DNA of 39,571 bases. Source: Nitrospirota bacterium (GTDB lineage Bacteria; Nitrospirota; UBA9217). The stretch is from assembly GCA_021783455.1 (NCBI GenBank), contig JAJXTW010000002.1, positions 1 through 39,571 of the forward strand, read 5' to 3'. A model generated the notes under the pieces. The model saw only the letters and a list, made by a program, of their open reading frames with translations. It ran no database searches and was not told the origin of the DNA. Made by a program: the position numbers and the translations under genes. This document shows, piece by piece, positions 1 through 8,796 of this stretch (the stretch's first letter is position 1; each line of letters starts with the position of its first letter).

Positions 1-133
1 CGCTGGTCGCACGATAACAAACTGGCACGGGTGGATTGGACGCGGGAGATGGAGGCCGGCTGATAATGAGGCAGAGGTGACGTGGTACAAAACAGGCGTG
101 ACAGCTTATGCTTGGCACGCCGGATCTTCAGGA

Positions 134-439
134 TCATGATTTTTCTTTTTTCAGCGATTCGATATACTCCTCCCATTCCGTGGGGAGGAGATATTTTTTT
201 TTGCTGTTGCACTCCTTGCAGGCGGGAACGAGGTTTCCCTGCACGGACTTCCCTCCGCGCACGATGGGGATCAGATGGTCCATCGTCAAATCAGCGGGCT
301 TGAATGTCTTGCCGCAGTAATAACAAATTCCCGAAGAACGTTTTCGTTTCCACCACTGCGAGTCCCGCATTTCACGGGCTTTTGCTTTCTCTCGCTTGAT
401 GTGGGCATCATCAACGGTGATGAAATAATCAGAACTCAT
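134..439 (-). CDS. HNH endonuclease family protein (101 aa)
   Basis: ORF track 134..439. The motif CYYCGK...DHLIPIVRGG...NLVPACKECNSKK shows paired Cys knuckles around the His/Asn residues of an HNH (beta-beta-alpha-Me) nuclease. Confidence 0.75.
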   Translation of the reverse strand: MSSDYFITVDDAHIKREKAKAREMRDSQWWKRKRSSGICYYCGKTFKPADLTMDHLIPIVRGGKSVQGNLVPACKECNSKKKYLLPTEWEEYIESLKKEKS

Positions 440-541
440 AGCGTTTAATATTACGTTATCCCTGCCCTCTTGTCACGCTAAAAAAACTCGGATGCGTCGA
501 GACTCACCCACCGCATAACCTCTCAAAAAGTAATATTTTTC

Positions 542-570
542 TTGACATTAGGTGGCGCGAATTATATACT
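542..570 (+). promoter_or_regulatory. sigma70-type promoter upstream of mraZ (Pmra-like)
   Basis: TTGACA at 542-547, a 17-nt spacer, then TATACT at 565-570. This lies about 50 nt upstream of the mraZ ATG. Confidence 0.55.
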
Positions 571-581
571 TTGGCCAGCAG

Positions 582-616
582 GTGGTATAAAGTGGGAAGC
601 GGTGGGTATGCTGGGG
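582..616 (+). promoter_or_regulatory. Candidate MraZ operator: four direct GTGG(G/T)/TGGGG boxes with exact 10-nt phasing
   Basis: GTGGT 582-586, GTGGG 592-596, GTGGG 602-606, TGGGG 612-616. The boxes sit between the -10 element and the mraZ ATG; the last overlaps the SD. Confidence 0.5.
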
Positions 617-622
617 AGGGAA

Positions 623-1057
623 ATGTTCCGAGGTAGTTTCGAACATACCGTTGATTCCAAGGGCAGAGTGAGCGTGCCGTCGAAATTCCGCGACATCATT
701 TCGGACCGCTATGACGGAAGGCTCGTGCTTGCCATGGACTACGACCGCTGTCTCACGGTCTATCCGCTTGAAGAGTGGGAGCGACTTGAGGAGAAGATCA
801 AGACCCTTTCGCTGATGAAGCAGGAGGTCAAGGACTTCAGGCGCTTTCTGCTTTCGTCGGCCACGGAGTGCGAGCTGGACAAGCAGGGCCGCATCCTGAT
901 CCCGCCGACGCACCGGGAACACGCCGGCATCACCAAGAACGTGATGCTCATCGGAATCATCGACAAGATAGAAATATGGGACGCCAAGGCGTGGGAGGCA
1001 CGAAATAACCAAAACGGCGATAAGATCGGCGAGACGCTCGCCGCATTGGGCCTATAA
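623..1057 (+). CDS. mraZ: Transcriptional regulator MraZ
   Basis: MFRGSFEHTVDSKGRVSVPSKFR plus a second SpoVT/AbrB-like repeat (DKQGRILIPPTHR). ATG at 623 is preceded by GGGGAGGG. The longer track ORF from 542 starts inside the promoter, so it is rejected. Confidence 0.93.
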   Translation: MFRGSFEHTVDSKGRVSVPSKFRDIISDRYDGRLVLAMDYDRCLTVYPLEEWERLEEKIKTLSLMKQEVKDFRRFLLSSATECELDKQGRILIPPTHREHAGITKNVMLIGIIDKIEIWDAKAWEARNNQNGDKIGETLAALGL

Positions 1058-1061
1058 CGAC

Positions 1062-1421
1062 ATGGATGAAAATCTCAAAGTATATCAGATGAACCTTGAA
1101 GGCGAAGTCGACCAGTCCAAGATGGCTGAGATCAACCGGGTAATCGGCCAGCTCATCAAGGGAGAGACGTACGGCCTGATCCTGAACTTTGAGTCGGCGG
1201 AGCACATCCATTTCACGATCCTGCAGTCTCTGGTTGAAGAGAAGCGCCGCCTCCAGTCCTTCGGCGGCGATATCCGGCTCGCTGCGCTGTCCGATTACAT
1301 CAAGAACATTTTCAGGACCACCGGCGTTCTCGAGGAGTTTCAGGTCTTTGACACGGTTCTGCAGGCCGCGAAGAGCTTCGGAATTACAAAACCGGCGACG
1401 AATCTGCCGCTGGGGCTGTGA
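1062..1421 (+). CDS. STAS-domain-like protein (anti-sigma-factor-antagonist fold), 119 aa
   Basis: The layout NLEGEVD...LILNFESAEHIHFTILQSLVEEKRRLQSFGGDIRLAALSDYIKNIFRTTGVLEEFQVFDT matches the SpoIIAA/STAS pattern. The gene starts 4 nt after the mraZ stop. Confidence 0.55.
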   Translation: MDENLKVYQMNLEGEVDQSKMAEINRVIGQLIKGETYGLILNFESAEHIHFTILQSLVEEKRRLQSFGGDIRLAALSDYIKNIFRTTGVLEEFQVFDTVLQAAKSFGITKPATNLPLGL

Positions 1422-1422
1422 A

Positions 1423-1450
1423 AGTTCGGAGTTCAGAGTTCGGAGTTCAG
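1423..1450. repeat. Tandem heptamer AGTTC(G/A)G x4 (= 14-mer AGTTCGGAGTTCAG x2)
   Basis: Perfect 14-mer copies at 1423-1436 and 1437-1450. The complementary word ACTCCGAAC at 1504-1512 is the reverse complement of GTTCGGAGT. Confidence 0.8.
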
Positions 1451-1451
1451 A

Positions 1452-2459
1452 GTGGGGAGTAAAAATCCAAATGAAATAACGAGAGCAAAACAGAATACTT
1501 CGTACTCCGAACCCCTGACTCCGAGCTTGGTCCATACACCTGTCCTGCTTAAGGAAGCCGTTGATCTCATCGCCCCGCGGTCCGGCGGGGTGTATGTCGA
1601 CGGAACGCTCGGCGCCGGAGGCCATGCAGCGGAAATCCTGAAGCGCTCATCGCCCGACGGCATTCTCATCGGGATGGATCAGGACGCAGAAGCAATCGAG
1701 CGAAGCAAACTGAGCCTCGCGGCATACGGCGATCGCGTGCACATCCGGCGCGGGAATTACCGGGATCTGCCGCAGGTCCTCTCCGGGCTGCGATACGAGA
1801 AAGTAGACGGAGTGCTGCTGGACCTGGGTGTTTCCTGGTTTCATCTGAAGACGCCGGAACGGGGCTTCAGCTTCCAGCTGGACGGACCGCTCGATATGCG
1901 CATGGATATGAGCAGACCGCAGACCGCAGCGGATCTGGTGAACAACCTCTCCCGGAACGAGCTTGCGAGGATCCTCCGTGAATTTGGGGAAGAGCGCAAA
2001 GCAGGCGCCATAGCGAGGGCCATAGAAAAGGCGAGGGCCCGGAGGCCCATCACGAGTACGGTTCAACTGGCCGACATTGTTACGAGCGTATTTCCTCCCT
2101 ACCCTCCCCGGAGAACTCATCCGGCTACACTCACGTTTCAGGCTTTGCGCATAGCGGTGAATGACGAGCTCGGCGCACTCAGCGAAGGGGTGAGCGCGGT
2201 GATTCCGCTGCTCTCGCCCGGCGGCAGGATCGCGGTGATAACGTTTCACTCGCTCGAGGATCGCATCGTGAAGCGGGCCTTTACGGCGGAAGCAAGGGGC
2301 TGCATTTGCCCCCCGAAACTGCCCGTCTGCGCGTGCGGGAAAAAACCGGTGCTCAAGATACTGACGCAGCCGCCGATCATTGCGGGACCGGATGAAGTGG
2401 ACCGGAATCCGGCGGCACGGAGCGCCAAGCTCCGGGCGGCGGAGAAACTGCCGGACTAA
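1452..2459 (+). CDS. rsmH: 16S rRNA (cytosine1402-N4)-methyltransferase RsmH (MraW)
   Basis: HTPVLLKEAVDLI...GGVYVDGTLGAGGHA SAM-binding signature, and position within the dcw cluster. The start is uncertain: GTG 1452 has GGAG 6 nt upstream, or TTG 1527 just before HTPVLL. Confidence 0.92.
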   Translation: MGSKNPNEITRAKQNTSYSEPLTPSLVHTPVLLKEAVDLIAPRSGGVYVDGTLGAGGHAAEILKRSSPDGILIGMDQDAEAIERSKLSLAAYGDRVHIRRGNYRDLPQVLSGLRYEKVDGVLLDLGVSWFHLKTPERGFSFQLDGPLDMRMDMSRPQTAADLVNNLSRNELARILREFGEERKAGAIARAIEKARARRPITSTVQLADIVTSVFPPYPPRRTHPATLTFQALRIAVNDELGALSEGVSAVIPLLSPGGRIAVITFHSLEDRIVKRAFTAEARGCICPPKLPVCACGKKPVLKILTQPPIIAGPDEVDRNPAARSAKLRAAEKLPD

Positions 2460-2544
2460 GGAAATTGCCGGATGAGATTCCCGGGCTGCGGCGTTCGGAC
2501 GGGAAAATTTCAAACTTTTATTCAGTCCAGAAAAGAGTTATCCT

Positions 2545-2874
2545 ATGAATTCGGGGGTCGGCAGCATCGGTGCATTGGTGTTCGAGCGGAGCAAGCGGGG
2601 AAAGTTTCGCCGCGTTGTCGCTACCCTCTGCATCATTGCCGGGCTGCTCCTGTACGTCGGAGGCAAGGTAAAAATCATGCGTCTCGGGTATCAGATCGAA
2701 GCCCTGGAGCATGAGAAGCAGGAACTGGAACGGGCAAACGGGTCCCTGCGGATCGAGGCCTCGAGCCTGGCTTCGCCGGCACGGATAGAGGAGATTGCCA
2801 CCAAGCGTCTCGGCATGGTCAGGCCGTTGAAGGAAAACATCGTGATCGTCAAGAGGAACGCACCCAAACAGTAG
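2545..2874 (+). CDS. ftsL: Cell division protein FtsL-like (single TM plus coiled coil)
   Basis: 109 aa with the TM segment VVATLCIIAGLLLYVGG followed by a heptad-like region LGYQIEALEHEKQELERANGSLRIE. The position between rsmH and ftsI is the canonical one. Confidence 0.7.
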   Translation: MNSGVGSIGALVFERSKRGKFRRVVATLCIIAGLLLYVGGKVKIMRLGYQIEALEHEKQELERANGSLRIEASSLASPARIEEIATKRLGMVRPLKENIVIVKRNAPKQ

Positions 2875-2880
2875 GCGGGT

Positions 2881-4611
2881 ATGGAAAGACGGGGGAGAAT
2901 AGTTGCGATATTGGCCATCATGGTCCTGGGCTTTCTGCTCGTGGCCCTGCGGCTGGTGTACCTCCAGGTATTTGAACGGGCAAAACTGACGGCACGCGCC
3001 GAGCGGCAGCAGGAACAGGTGCTGACGCTGGTGCCCAAACGCGGCGCTATTTTAGACCGCATGGGCAGAGCGCTCGCCGTCAGCCTCGATGTCGATTCGG
3101 TATACGGCATTCCCTCGAAGATCGACGACCCCCGCGCGCTGGCCCGACGGCTTTCCCGGATCCTGCATGAAAATCCGGCCACCCTGGAACGGAAGCTGGC
3201 CGGCGACAAGCATTTCGTCTGGCTGAGCCGCAAGGTCGATCCGACCGAAGCGGAGCAGGTCAAGGAGTTGGGGTCCGCGGAGATTCAGCTTCGAGCCGAA
3301 CCGAAGCGGTTTTATCCGAACAAATCCCTTGCCGGACCCCTGCTCGGGTTCGCCGGTATCGATAATGAAGGCCTCGAAGGTTTGGAACGGGCCTACGATA
3401 AGATCCTTCGCGGCGTCAACGGCTGGATGCTTGCGGAGATGGATGCCAAGGGACGAATGGTGTTTCCGGGCGGCTCAGGTTTTCAATATCACATGCCGAA
3501 GCCGGGCCATGACATCATCCTCACCATCGACGAGGTGATCCAGCATATCGCCGAGAAGGAGCTCGATGCCGCGCTGGCGAGCTCCCACGCCAAGGGAGGG
3601 GTCTGCATTGTTATGAATCCGCAGACCGGAGAAATCCTGGCGCTGTCGGTGCGGACGAACGGGTACGGTCGCCCGGCGTTCAACCCCAATGAACCGCAGC
3701 GCTACAAACCCGCGGAGTGGCGAAACCGGGCGGTGACGGATGCTTATGAACCCGGTTCCATATTCAAGGTGGTCCTGGCTTCAGCGGCGCTCGAAGAGCG
3801 CGTCGTCCACCCTCTGGAACGGCTCGATTGCAGCGCCGGGTACATCAAGCTCGCCGACCGCGAGATCAAGGACGCGCACAAAAACGGTGTGCTTACTTTT
3901 TCCGACGTGATCGCAGAATCGAGCAACGTGGGTACGATCAAGGTCGCGCTCCGGCTCGGCAAAGACCGGCTTTACAAATATATTACCGCTTTCGGGTTCG
4001 GCAAGAAGACCGGCGTGGACCTCCCCGGAGAAATTCCGGGTCTGCTCGAGGACACCCGGCTGTGGTCCGGCGTGTCTATCGGCGAGATCGCCATCGGCCA
4101 GGAGATCGGGGTGACCCCGCTCCAGATGGCCGCGGCCTACTGCGCGATCGCCAACGGCGGCGTGCTCATGAAGCCCTATACAGTCTCGGAGATTGTGGAC
4201 CCCGGCGGGGGAGCGGGGCAAAAATTCGGGCCCCAGCCCGTGGGGCGCGTCATTTCGGTAGAGACCTGCGCCAAGGTGGTCGGCTTGCTGAAGCGGGTGA
4301 TTGATATGGGCACGGGCCAGGAGGCAAAGCCCTCCGGGTACAGCGCGGCGGGAAAGACCGGCACGGCCCAGAAAATCGACCGCCGCACGGGCGAATACTC
4401 GAAGAAAAACTATGTGAGCTCGTTTGTCGGGTTCGCGCCGGCCAGCTCCCCGAGGGTTGTGATCCTTGTGATGATCGACACTCCGGAAAGTTCCATCTAC
4501 GGCGGCACGGTGGCGGCGCCGGTGTTCCGGGCAGTGGCGGAACAGAGCCTCGCCTATCTGCAGGTGGCGCCTGATGATATGGGAGGCAGGATGCTCCTGG
4601 TGACGAAATGA
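2881..4611 (+). CDS. ftsI: Peptidoglycan D,D-transpeptidase FtsI (PBP3 class)
   Basis: N-terminal TM segment; SxxK = SIFK, SxN = SSN, KTG = KTGT. Position within dcw. Confidence 0.92.
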   Translation: MERRGRIVAILAIMVLGFLLVALRLVYLQVFERAKLTARAERQQEQVLTLVPKRGAILDRMGRALAVSLDVDSVYGIPSKIDDPRALARRLSRILHENPATLERKLAGDKHFVWLSRKVDPTEAEQVKELGSAEIQLRAEPKRFYPNKSLAGPLLGFAGIDNEGLEGLERAYDKILRGVNGWMLAEMDAKGRMVFPGGSGFQYHMPKPGHDIILTIDEVIQHIAEKELDAALASSHAKGGVCIVMNPQTGEILALSVRTNGYGRPAFNPNEPQRYKPAEWRNRAVTDAYEPGSIFKVVLASAALEERVVHPLERLDCSAGYIKLADREIKDAHKNGVLTFSDVIAESSNVGTIKVALRLGKDRLYKYITAFGFGKKTGVDLPGEIPGLLEDTRLWSGVSIGEIAIGQEIGVTPLQMAAAYCAIANGGVLMKPYTVSEIVDPGGGAGQKFGPQPVGRVISVETCAKVVGLLKRVIDMGTGQEAKPSGYSAAGKTGTAQKIDRRTGEYSKKNYVSSFVGFAPASSPRVVILVMIDTPESSIYGGTVAAPVFRAVAEQSLAYLQVAPDDMGGRMLLVTK

Positions 4612-6152
4612 AACTCGCCCAGCTCCTGAACGTACTGGAGACAACAACAACTCTGCCGAGTGAAGCGCTGGACAGAGAGGCGCTGAACATCGCCCATGAT
4701 TCCCGGAAGGTGACGCCGGGGTCCCTGTTCGTGGCCGTGCGAGGATTTCACTCGGACGGCCATGAGTTTGTTTTGCAGGCCGCAAAGCAGGGCGCAATCG
4801 CCGTTATCGTTGAACAGGAGAACAAAGACGCGGCTGCCATCGGCGCGGTCCAGATCATTGTCAAGGACTCGCGCAGGGCGCTCGCGCTCCTTGCCGATGC
4901 CTTCTACGGCCATCCGTCGCAAAAGCTGAAGCTTATCGGCGTTACGGGGACCAACGGCAAGACCACGACGACCTATCTCGTGAAAGCCATCATCGAAGCC
5001 GCCGGAGGGACCGCGGGCCTCATCGGCACCATCGATTACCGCGTGGGCGACAGGGTCTACCCGGCGCCGAACACGACGCCTGAATCGCTCGATCTGCAGC
5101 GGCTTCTTTCGGAAATGATGGGCGTGGGCGCGGACACCTGCGTCATGGAGGTCTCGTCGCATGCGCTGGCCCTGGGCAGGACCACGGGATGCAGCTTTGT
5201 TGCCGCGGCATTCACGAACCTGACGCAGGACCACCTGGATTTCCACGAGACCATGGCGTCGTATTTTGAAGCCAAGCTGCTGTTGTTCAAAGGCCTCGGC
5301 CCCGAGGCGCACGCCGTGGTCAATCTTGACGATGGGCGGGCAATGGAGATTATCGAAGCGACGCAGGCGAAGGTGATCACCACGGGCTTCTCGGATCGCT
5401 GCGACGTGCATCCGGGAAACGAGATACGGCATGGCATCTTCGGCCTGCAACTGGATATTGTGACGCCGCAGGGGACGATCAGAATCGAATCGCCGCTCGT
5501 GGGCAGGCATAATATTTATAATATCCTGACCGCGGTTGGAATCGGGGTGGCGTTGGGTTTCGAGAGCGACGACATCGGCCGGGGCATCAAAGCCATGAAG
5601 GCCGTCCCGGGCCGCATGGAGAAGGTCATCGAAGGCCAATCCTATGGGGTGATCGTGGACTACGCGCATACGGAAGACGCGCTTATGCGGCTCCTTGAAG
5701 CCGTCCGGGAAATCGCCGAGAACAGGATCATCACGGTCTTCGGCTGCGGCGGCGATCGCGACCGGAACAAGCGGCCCAAGATGGGCGCGGCGGCGGCTAA
5801 GGGAAGCGATGTCGTGATCGTGACTTCGGACAACCCGCGGACCGAGGACCCCTCCATGATCATTCGGGAGGTTGAAGCCGGCATGTCATCTTCGGGCATA
5901 AAAGTCCCGACCCCTGGCGCCGTGAATATCAACCGCGCGGGCAAGACCCCCTACCTGATCATACCCGACCGGCATGATGCGATTGCAGCGGCCGTCAACA
6001 TGGCGAAGCCGGGCGATGTTGTCGTGCTTGCAGGGAAAGGGCATGAGGATTACCAGATCATCGGCGAGAGGAAGACCCATTTCGATGACCGGGAAGTAGC
6101 GCGGGAAGAGATAGAAAAAAGCATGAAACAGGGGGCAGGGAGCCGGAGTTAA
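4608..6152 (+). CDS. murE: UDP-MurNAc-L-Ala-D-Glu--2,6-diaminopimelate ligase MurE
   Basis: P-loop GVTGTNGKTTT and the DNPR motif (TSDNPRTEDP) typical of meso-DAP-adding MurE. ATGA overlap with the ftsI stop at 4608-4611. Confidence 0.93.
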   Translation: MKLAQLLNVLETTTTLPSEALDREALNIAHDSRKVTPGSLFVAVRGFHSDGHEFVLQAAKQGAIAVIVEQENKDAAAIGAVQIIVKDSRRALALLADAFYGHPSQKLKLIGVTGTNGKTTTTYLVKAIIEAAGGTAGLIGTIDYRVGDRVYPAPNTTPESLDLQRLLSEMMGVGADTCVMEVSSHALALGRTTGCSFVAAAFTNLTQDHLDFHETMASYFEAKLLLFKGLGPEAHAVVNLDDGRAMEIIEATQAKVITTGFSDRCDVHPGNEIRHGIFGLQLDIVTPQGTIRIESPLVGRHNIYNILTAVGIGVALGFESDDIGRGIKAMKAVPGRMEKVIEGQSYGVIVDYAHTEDALMRLLEAVREIAENRIITVFGCGGDRDRNKRPKMGAAAAKGSDVVIVTSDNPRTEDPSMIIREVEAGMSSSGIKVPTPGAVNINRAGKTPYLIIPDRHDAIAAAVNMAKPGDVVVLAGKGHEDYQIIGERKTHFDDREVAREEIEKSMKQGAGSRS

Positions 6153-6193
6153 TTCCGGCCTCCGGCGGCCTTCTGGATCCTGCATCGGGTGCA

Positions 6194-7561
6194 ATGAACG
6201 ACGCTGACAAAAAAATGCTCTTGGAAATTCCGGGGAGGATGGAGCGGGTGGAAATAACAGGAGTATCCATAGACTCCAGGAACATCAGCGAGGGGCAACT
6301 GTTCGTCGCCATCAAAGGCGACCGCTTCGACGGCCACGATTTCGTCCCCGAAGCGATCAGGAAGGGCGCCTGGGGCGCGCTCGTCGAGCGGTCCGTGCTG
6401 GAAAACAAATTTGCCAGCCTCGGCGGCCTGAAGAACATTCTGGCGGTCGAAGACACGCTCTATGCGCTGCAAGAAATGTCGTACATGCACCGGAAGAAAT
6501 TTGTCATTCCCGTCGTCGGTATCACCGGCTCGAACGGCAAGACGACGACCAAGGAAATGCTCGCCTGCATCCTGAAACAAAAAGGGCCCGTGCTGAAAAA
6601 CGAGGGGAACCTGAATAATCACATCGGTGTGCCGCTGACGCTTCTCAAACTGAACGAAAGCCACTGGGCTGCCGTTGTTGAAATGGGCATGAGCGCCCCA
6701 GGGGAGATCGACACGCTTGCCCGGCTGACAGCTCCTACAGTCGGCGTAATCACGAACATCGGACCGGCTCACCTCGAGTTTTTCGGCTCCATGGAAAAAG
6801 TGGCCGAGGCAAAGGGGGAGCTGCTCGACAACCTCAAGCCTGACGCAACGGCCGTGCTGAACGCTGATGACCGGCATTTCGGCATTCTGCGAAGCAAGAT
6901 GCCCGGCCGGGTCATGACCTTCGGTATCGTTAACAAGGCCGATGTCGCGGCAATTAACCTCCGGCAGGAGAAAGAGTTCACGGACCTGACGATTGCGGCG
7001 GATGGCGCGAAGATCGATATCCGGCTGCGCACCGTGGGCAGCCACAACGTGTATAATGCTCTCGCCGCAGCAGCCGCGGCGATCGCCGTGGGCATGCCGA
7101 TCGATGCGGTGAAGTACGGATTGGACGCGTTTACACCCATTGCCGGCCGGTCGGAGATCAAAAAAATTGAAGGCAGGACCGTGCTTGCCGATTACTACAA
7201 TGCCAATCCCGCTTCGATGGAGGCGGCGATCAAAACGCTGGCCGAGCTCGGCGCGGGCAGGAAAGCGATCGCCGTGCTCGGCGACATGCTTGAACTGGGT
7301 GAGGCGTCAATCGAGGCGCACCAGGAGATCGGACGAACAGCGGCGCAATGCAAGGTGGATCTCCTGATCACGGTCGGTGAGCTGGCTGCGCATATGGAAA
7401 CCGGCGCGCTGAAAGCGGGGATGGCGAAAGAACGGGTGATCCGGGCGACGTCCCATGCGAATGCCGCAGAGCTGCTGAAGAAACTGTCCAAACCCGGCGA
7501 CGCGATCCTTATCAAGGGCTCGCGGGGAATGAAAATGGAAAAGATTCTGGAGGCATTTTAA
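6194..7561 (+). CDS. murF: UDP-MurNAc-tripeptide--D-Ala-D-Ala ligase MurF
   Basis: [15 protein letters not shown]-loop and Mur ligase layout. TAATG overlap with the mraY start. Confidence 0.92.
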   Translation: MNDADKKMLLEIPGRMERVEITGVSIDSRNISEGQLFVAIKGDRFDGHDFVPEAIRKGAWGALVERSVLENKFASLGGLKNILAVEDTLYALQEMSYMHRKKFVIPVVGITGSNGKTTTKEMLACILKQKGPVLKNEGNLNNHIGVPLTLLKLNESHWAAVVEMGMSAPGEIDTLARLTAPTVGVITNIGPAHLEFFGSMEKVAEAKGELLDNLKPDATAVLNADDRHFGILRSKMPGRVMTFGIVNKADVAAINLRQEKEFTDLTIAADGAKIDIRLRTVGSHNVYNALAAAAAAIAVGMPIDAVKYGLDAFTPIAGRSEIKKIEGRTVLADYYNANPASMEAAIKTLAELGAGRKAIAVLGDMLELGEASIEAHQEIGRTAAQCKVDLLITVGELAAHMETGALKAGMAKERVIRATSHANAAELLKKLSKPGDAILIKGSRGMKMEKILEAF

Positions 7562-8643
7562 TGCTCTATCATCTGCTGTATCCGCTGCACGACAGGTTCT
7601 CCGGCTTTAACGTGTTCCGGTACATCACCTTCCGGAGCGCGGGCGCAGTCCTGACGGCGCTTCTGGTGACGTTTGTGCTCGGTCCGTCGATGATTGCCTG
7701 GCTCCGCAGGCTCAAGGTGGGCCAGCACGTCCGAAACGACGGGCCGCAGACCCATCTTGCAAAGCAAGGCACGCCGACCATGGGCGGGCTTCTGATCGTC
7801 GCAGCGCTGGTGAGCTCGGTCCTCTTGTGGTCCGACCTCAGGAACAAGTACGTGTGGGTCGTGCTCTTTGCCACGCTCGCCTTCGGCGGGATCGGTTTTT
7901 GGGACGATTATTTGAAAGTGGTGAAAAAACGATCCACCGGTCTCAGGGCGATCCAGAAGTTCGGGCTCCAGATAATCGCTTCAGCCGTGATCGGCTTTTT
8001 CCTCTACTATAACCCAGGCGATCCGAACAGCACCTCTCTGTCCCTGCCGTTTTTAAAGCGGATCTTTCTGGACCTGGGGTGGTTCTATATTCCCTTCGTG
8101 ATCATTGTGATCGTGGGTTCGTCCAATGCCGTGAACCTGACAGACGGCCTCGACGGGCTGGCCATCGGCCTCGTGGGCATCGCGGCCACGGCCAATGCCG
8201 TGATCGTGTATCTCGGCGGGAATAAGATCATTGCCGAGTATCTGAAGATCCTCTATATCCCGGGAAGCGGCGAGCTCACGATCTTCTGCGGCGCGCTCCT
8301 GGGCGCGAGCCTCGGGTTCCTGTGGTACAACGCCCATCCTGCCGAGGTGTTCATGGGAGACGTGGGGTCGCTGTCCCTCGGCGGCGCGCTCGGCACGCTC
8401 GGCGTGGTGACCAAGCACGAACTGATCCTGGTGATCGTGGGAGGAATTTTCGTGATCGAGACCATCTCGGTGATCCTCCAGGTGGGGTCCTACAAGCTGA
8501 CGGGAAAGCGCATCTTCAGAATGGCGCCGATCCACCATCACTTTGAGCAGATCGGATGGCCGGAGTCCAAGGTCATTACGCGGTTCTGGATCATCGGGAT
8601 CATCCTGGCACTGGTTTCGATCGCAACGTTAAAGCTGCGGTGA
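7561..8643 (+). CDS. mraY: Phospho-N-acetylmuramoyl-pentapeptide transferase MraY
   Basis: Polytopic membrane protein. [13 protein letters not shown] and APIHHHFE signatures. Confidence 0.95.
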   Translation: MLYHLLYPLHDRFSGFNVFRYITFRSAGAVLTALLVTFVLGPSMIAWLRRLKVGQHVRNDGPQTHLAKQGTPTMGGLLIVAALVSSVLLWSDLRNKYVWVVLFATLAFGGIGFWDDYLKVVKKRSTGLRAIQKFGLQIIASAVIGFFLYYNPGDPNSTSLSLPFLKRIFLDLGWFYIPFVIIVIVGSSNAVNLTDGLDGLAIGLVGIAATANAVIVYLGGNKIIAEYLKILYIPGSGELTIFCGALLGASLGFLWYNAHPAEVFMGDVGSLSLGGALGTLGVVTKHELILVIVGGIFVIETISVILQVGSYKLTGKRIFRMAPIHHHFEQIGWPESKVITRFWIIGIILALVSIATLKLR

Positions 8644-8650
8644 CGATAAA

Positions 8651-8783
8651 GCAAATACCAAATGACAAACACCAAATAGCAAATAAGCACCAAGCGTCAA
8701 ATTCAGAAATTTGAAACGTTTTGAAATTGGAACTTTGCAATTGGAATTTATTTGGCATTTGATATTTGCCATTTGGAATTTAT
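8651..8783. repeat. Long imperfect inverted repeat (arms about 43 nt of CAAAT/CCAA words) with a central mini-hairpin
   Basis: The left arm 8651-8693 aligns with the reverse complement of the right arm 8741-8783 at about 33 of 45 positions by hand. Central perfect hairpin: TCAAATT(8697-8703)-CAGA-AATTTGA(8708-8714). Confidence 0.75.
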
Positions 8784-8796
8784 CCACGGAGGCACG

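Noticed and set aside
1-63. An open frame running to a TGA at 61-63 (..RWSHDNKLARVDWTREMEAG*), possibly the 3' end of an upstream + strand gene.
   Set aside because: Only 20 codons are visible and I recognise no motif. It cannot be supported as a feature.
2460-2544. I looked for a stutter-hairpin element in the rsmH/ftsL gap, and likewise in the murE/murF gap at 6153-6193.
   Set aside because: I found only a 6-bp GAAATT/AATTTC complement with no convincing extended arms. These gaps are not counted among the elements.
2472-2714. An 80-aa + strand ORF overlapping the ftsL start.
   Set aside because: It is out of frame with the FtsL-like ORF, which has the expected TM plus coiled-coil layout and position. 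The translation is Arg-rich and low-complexity.
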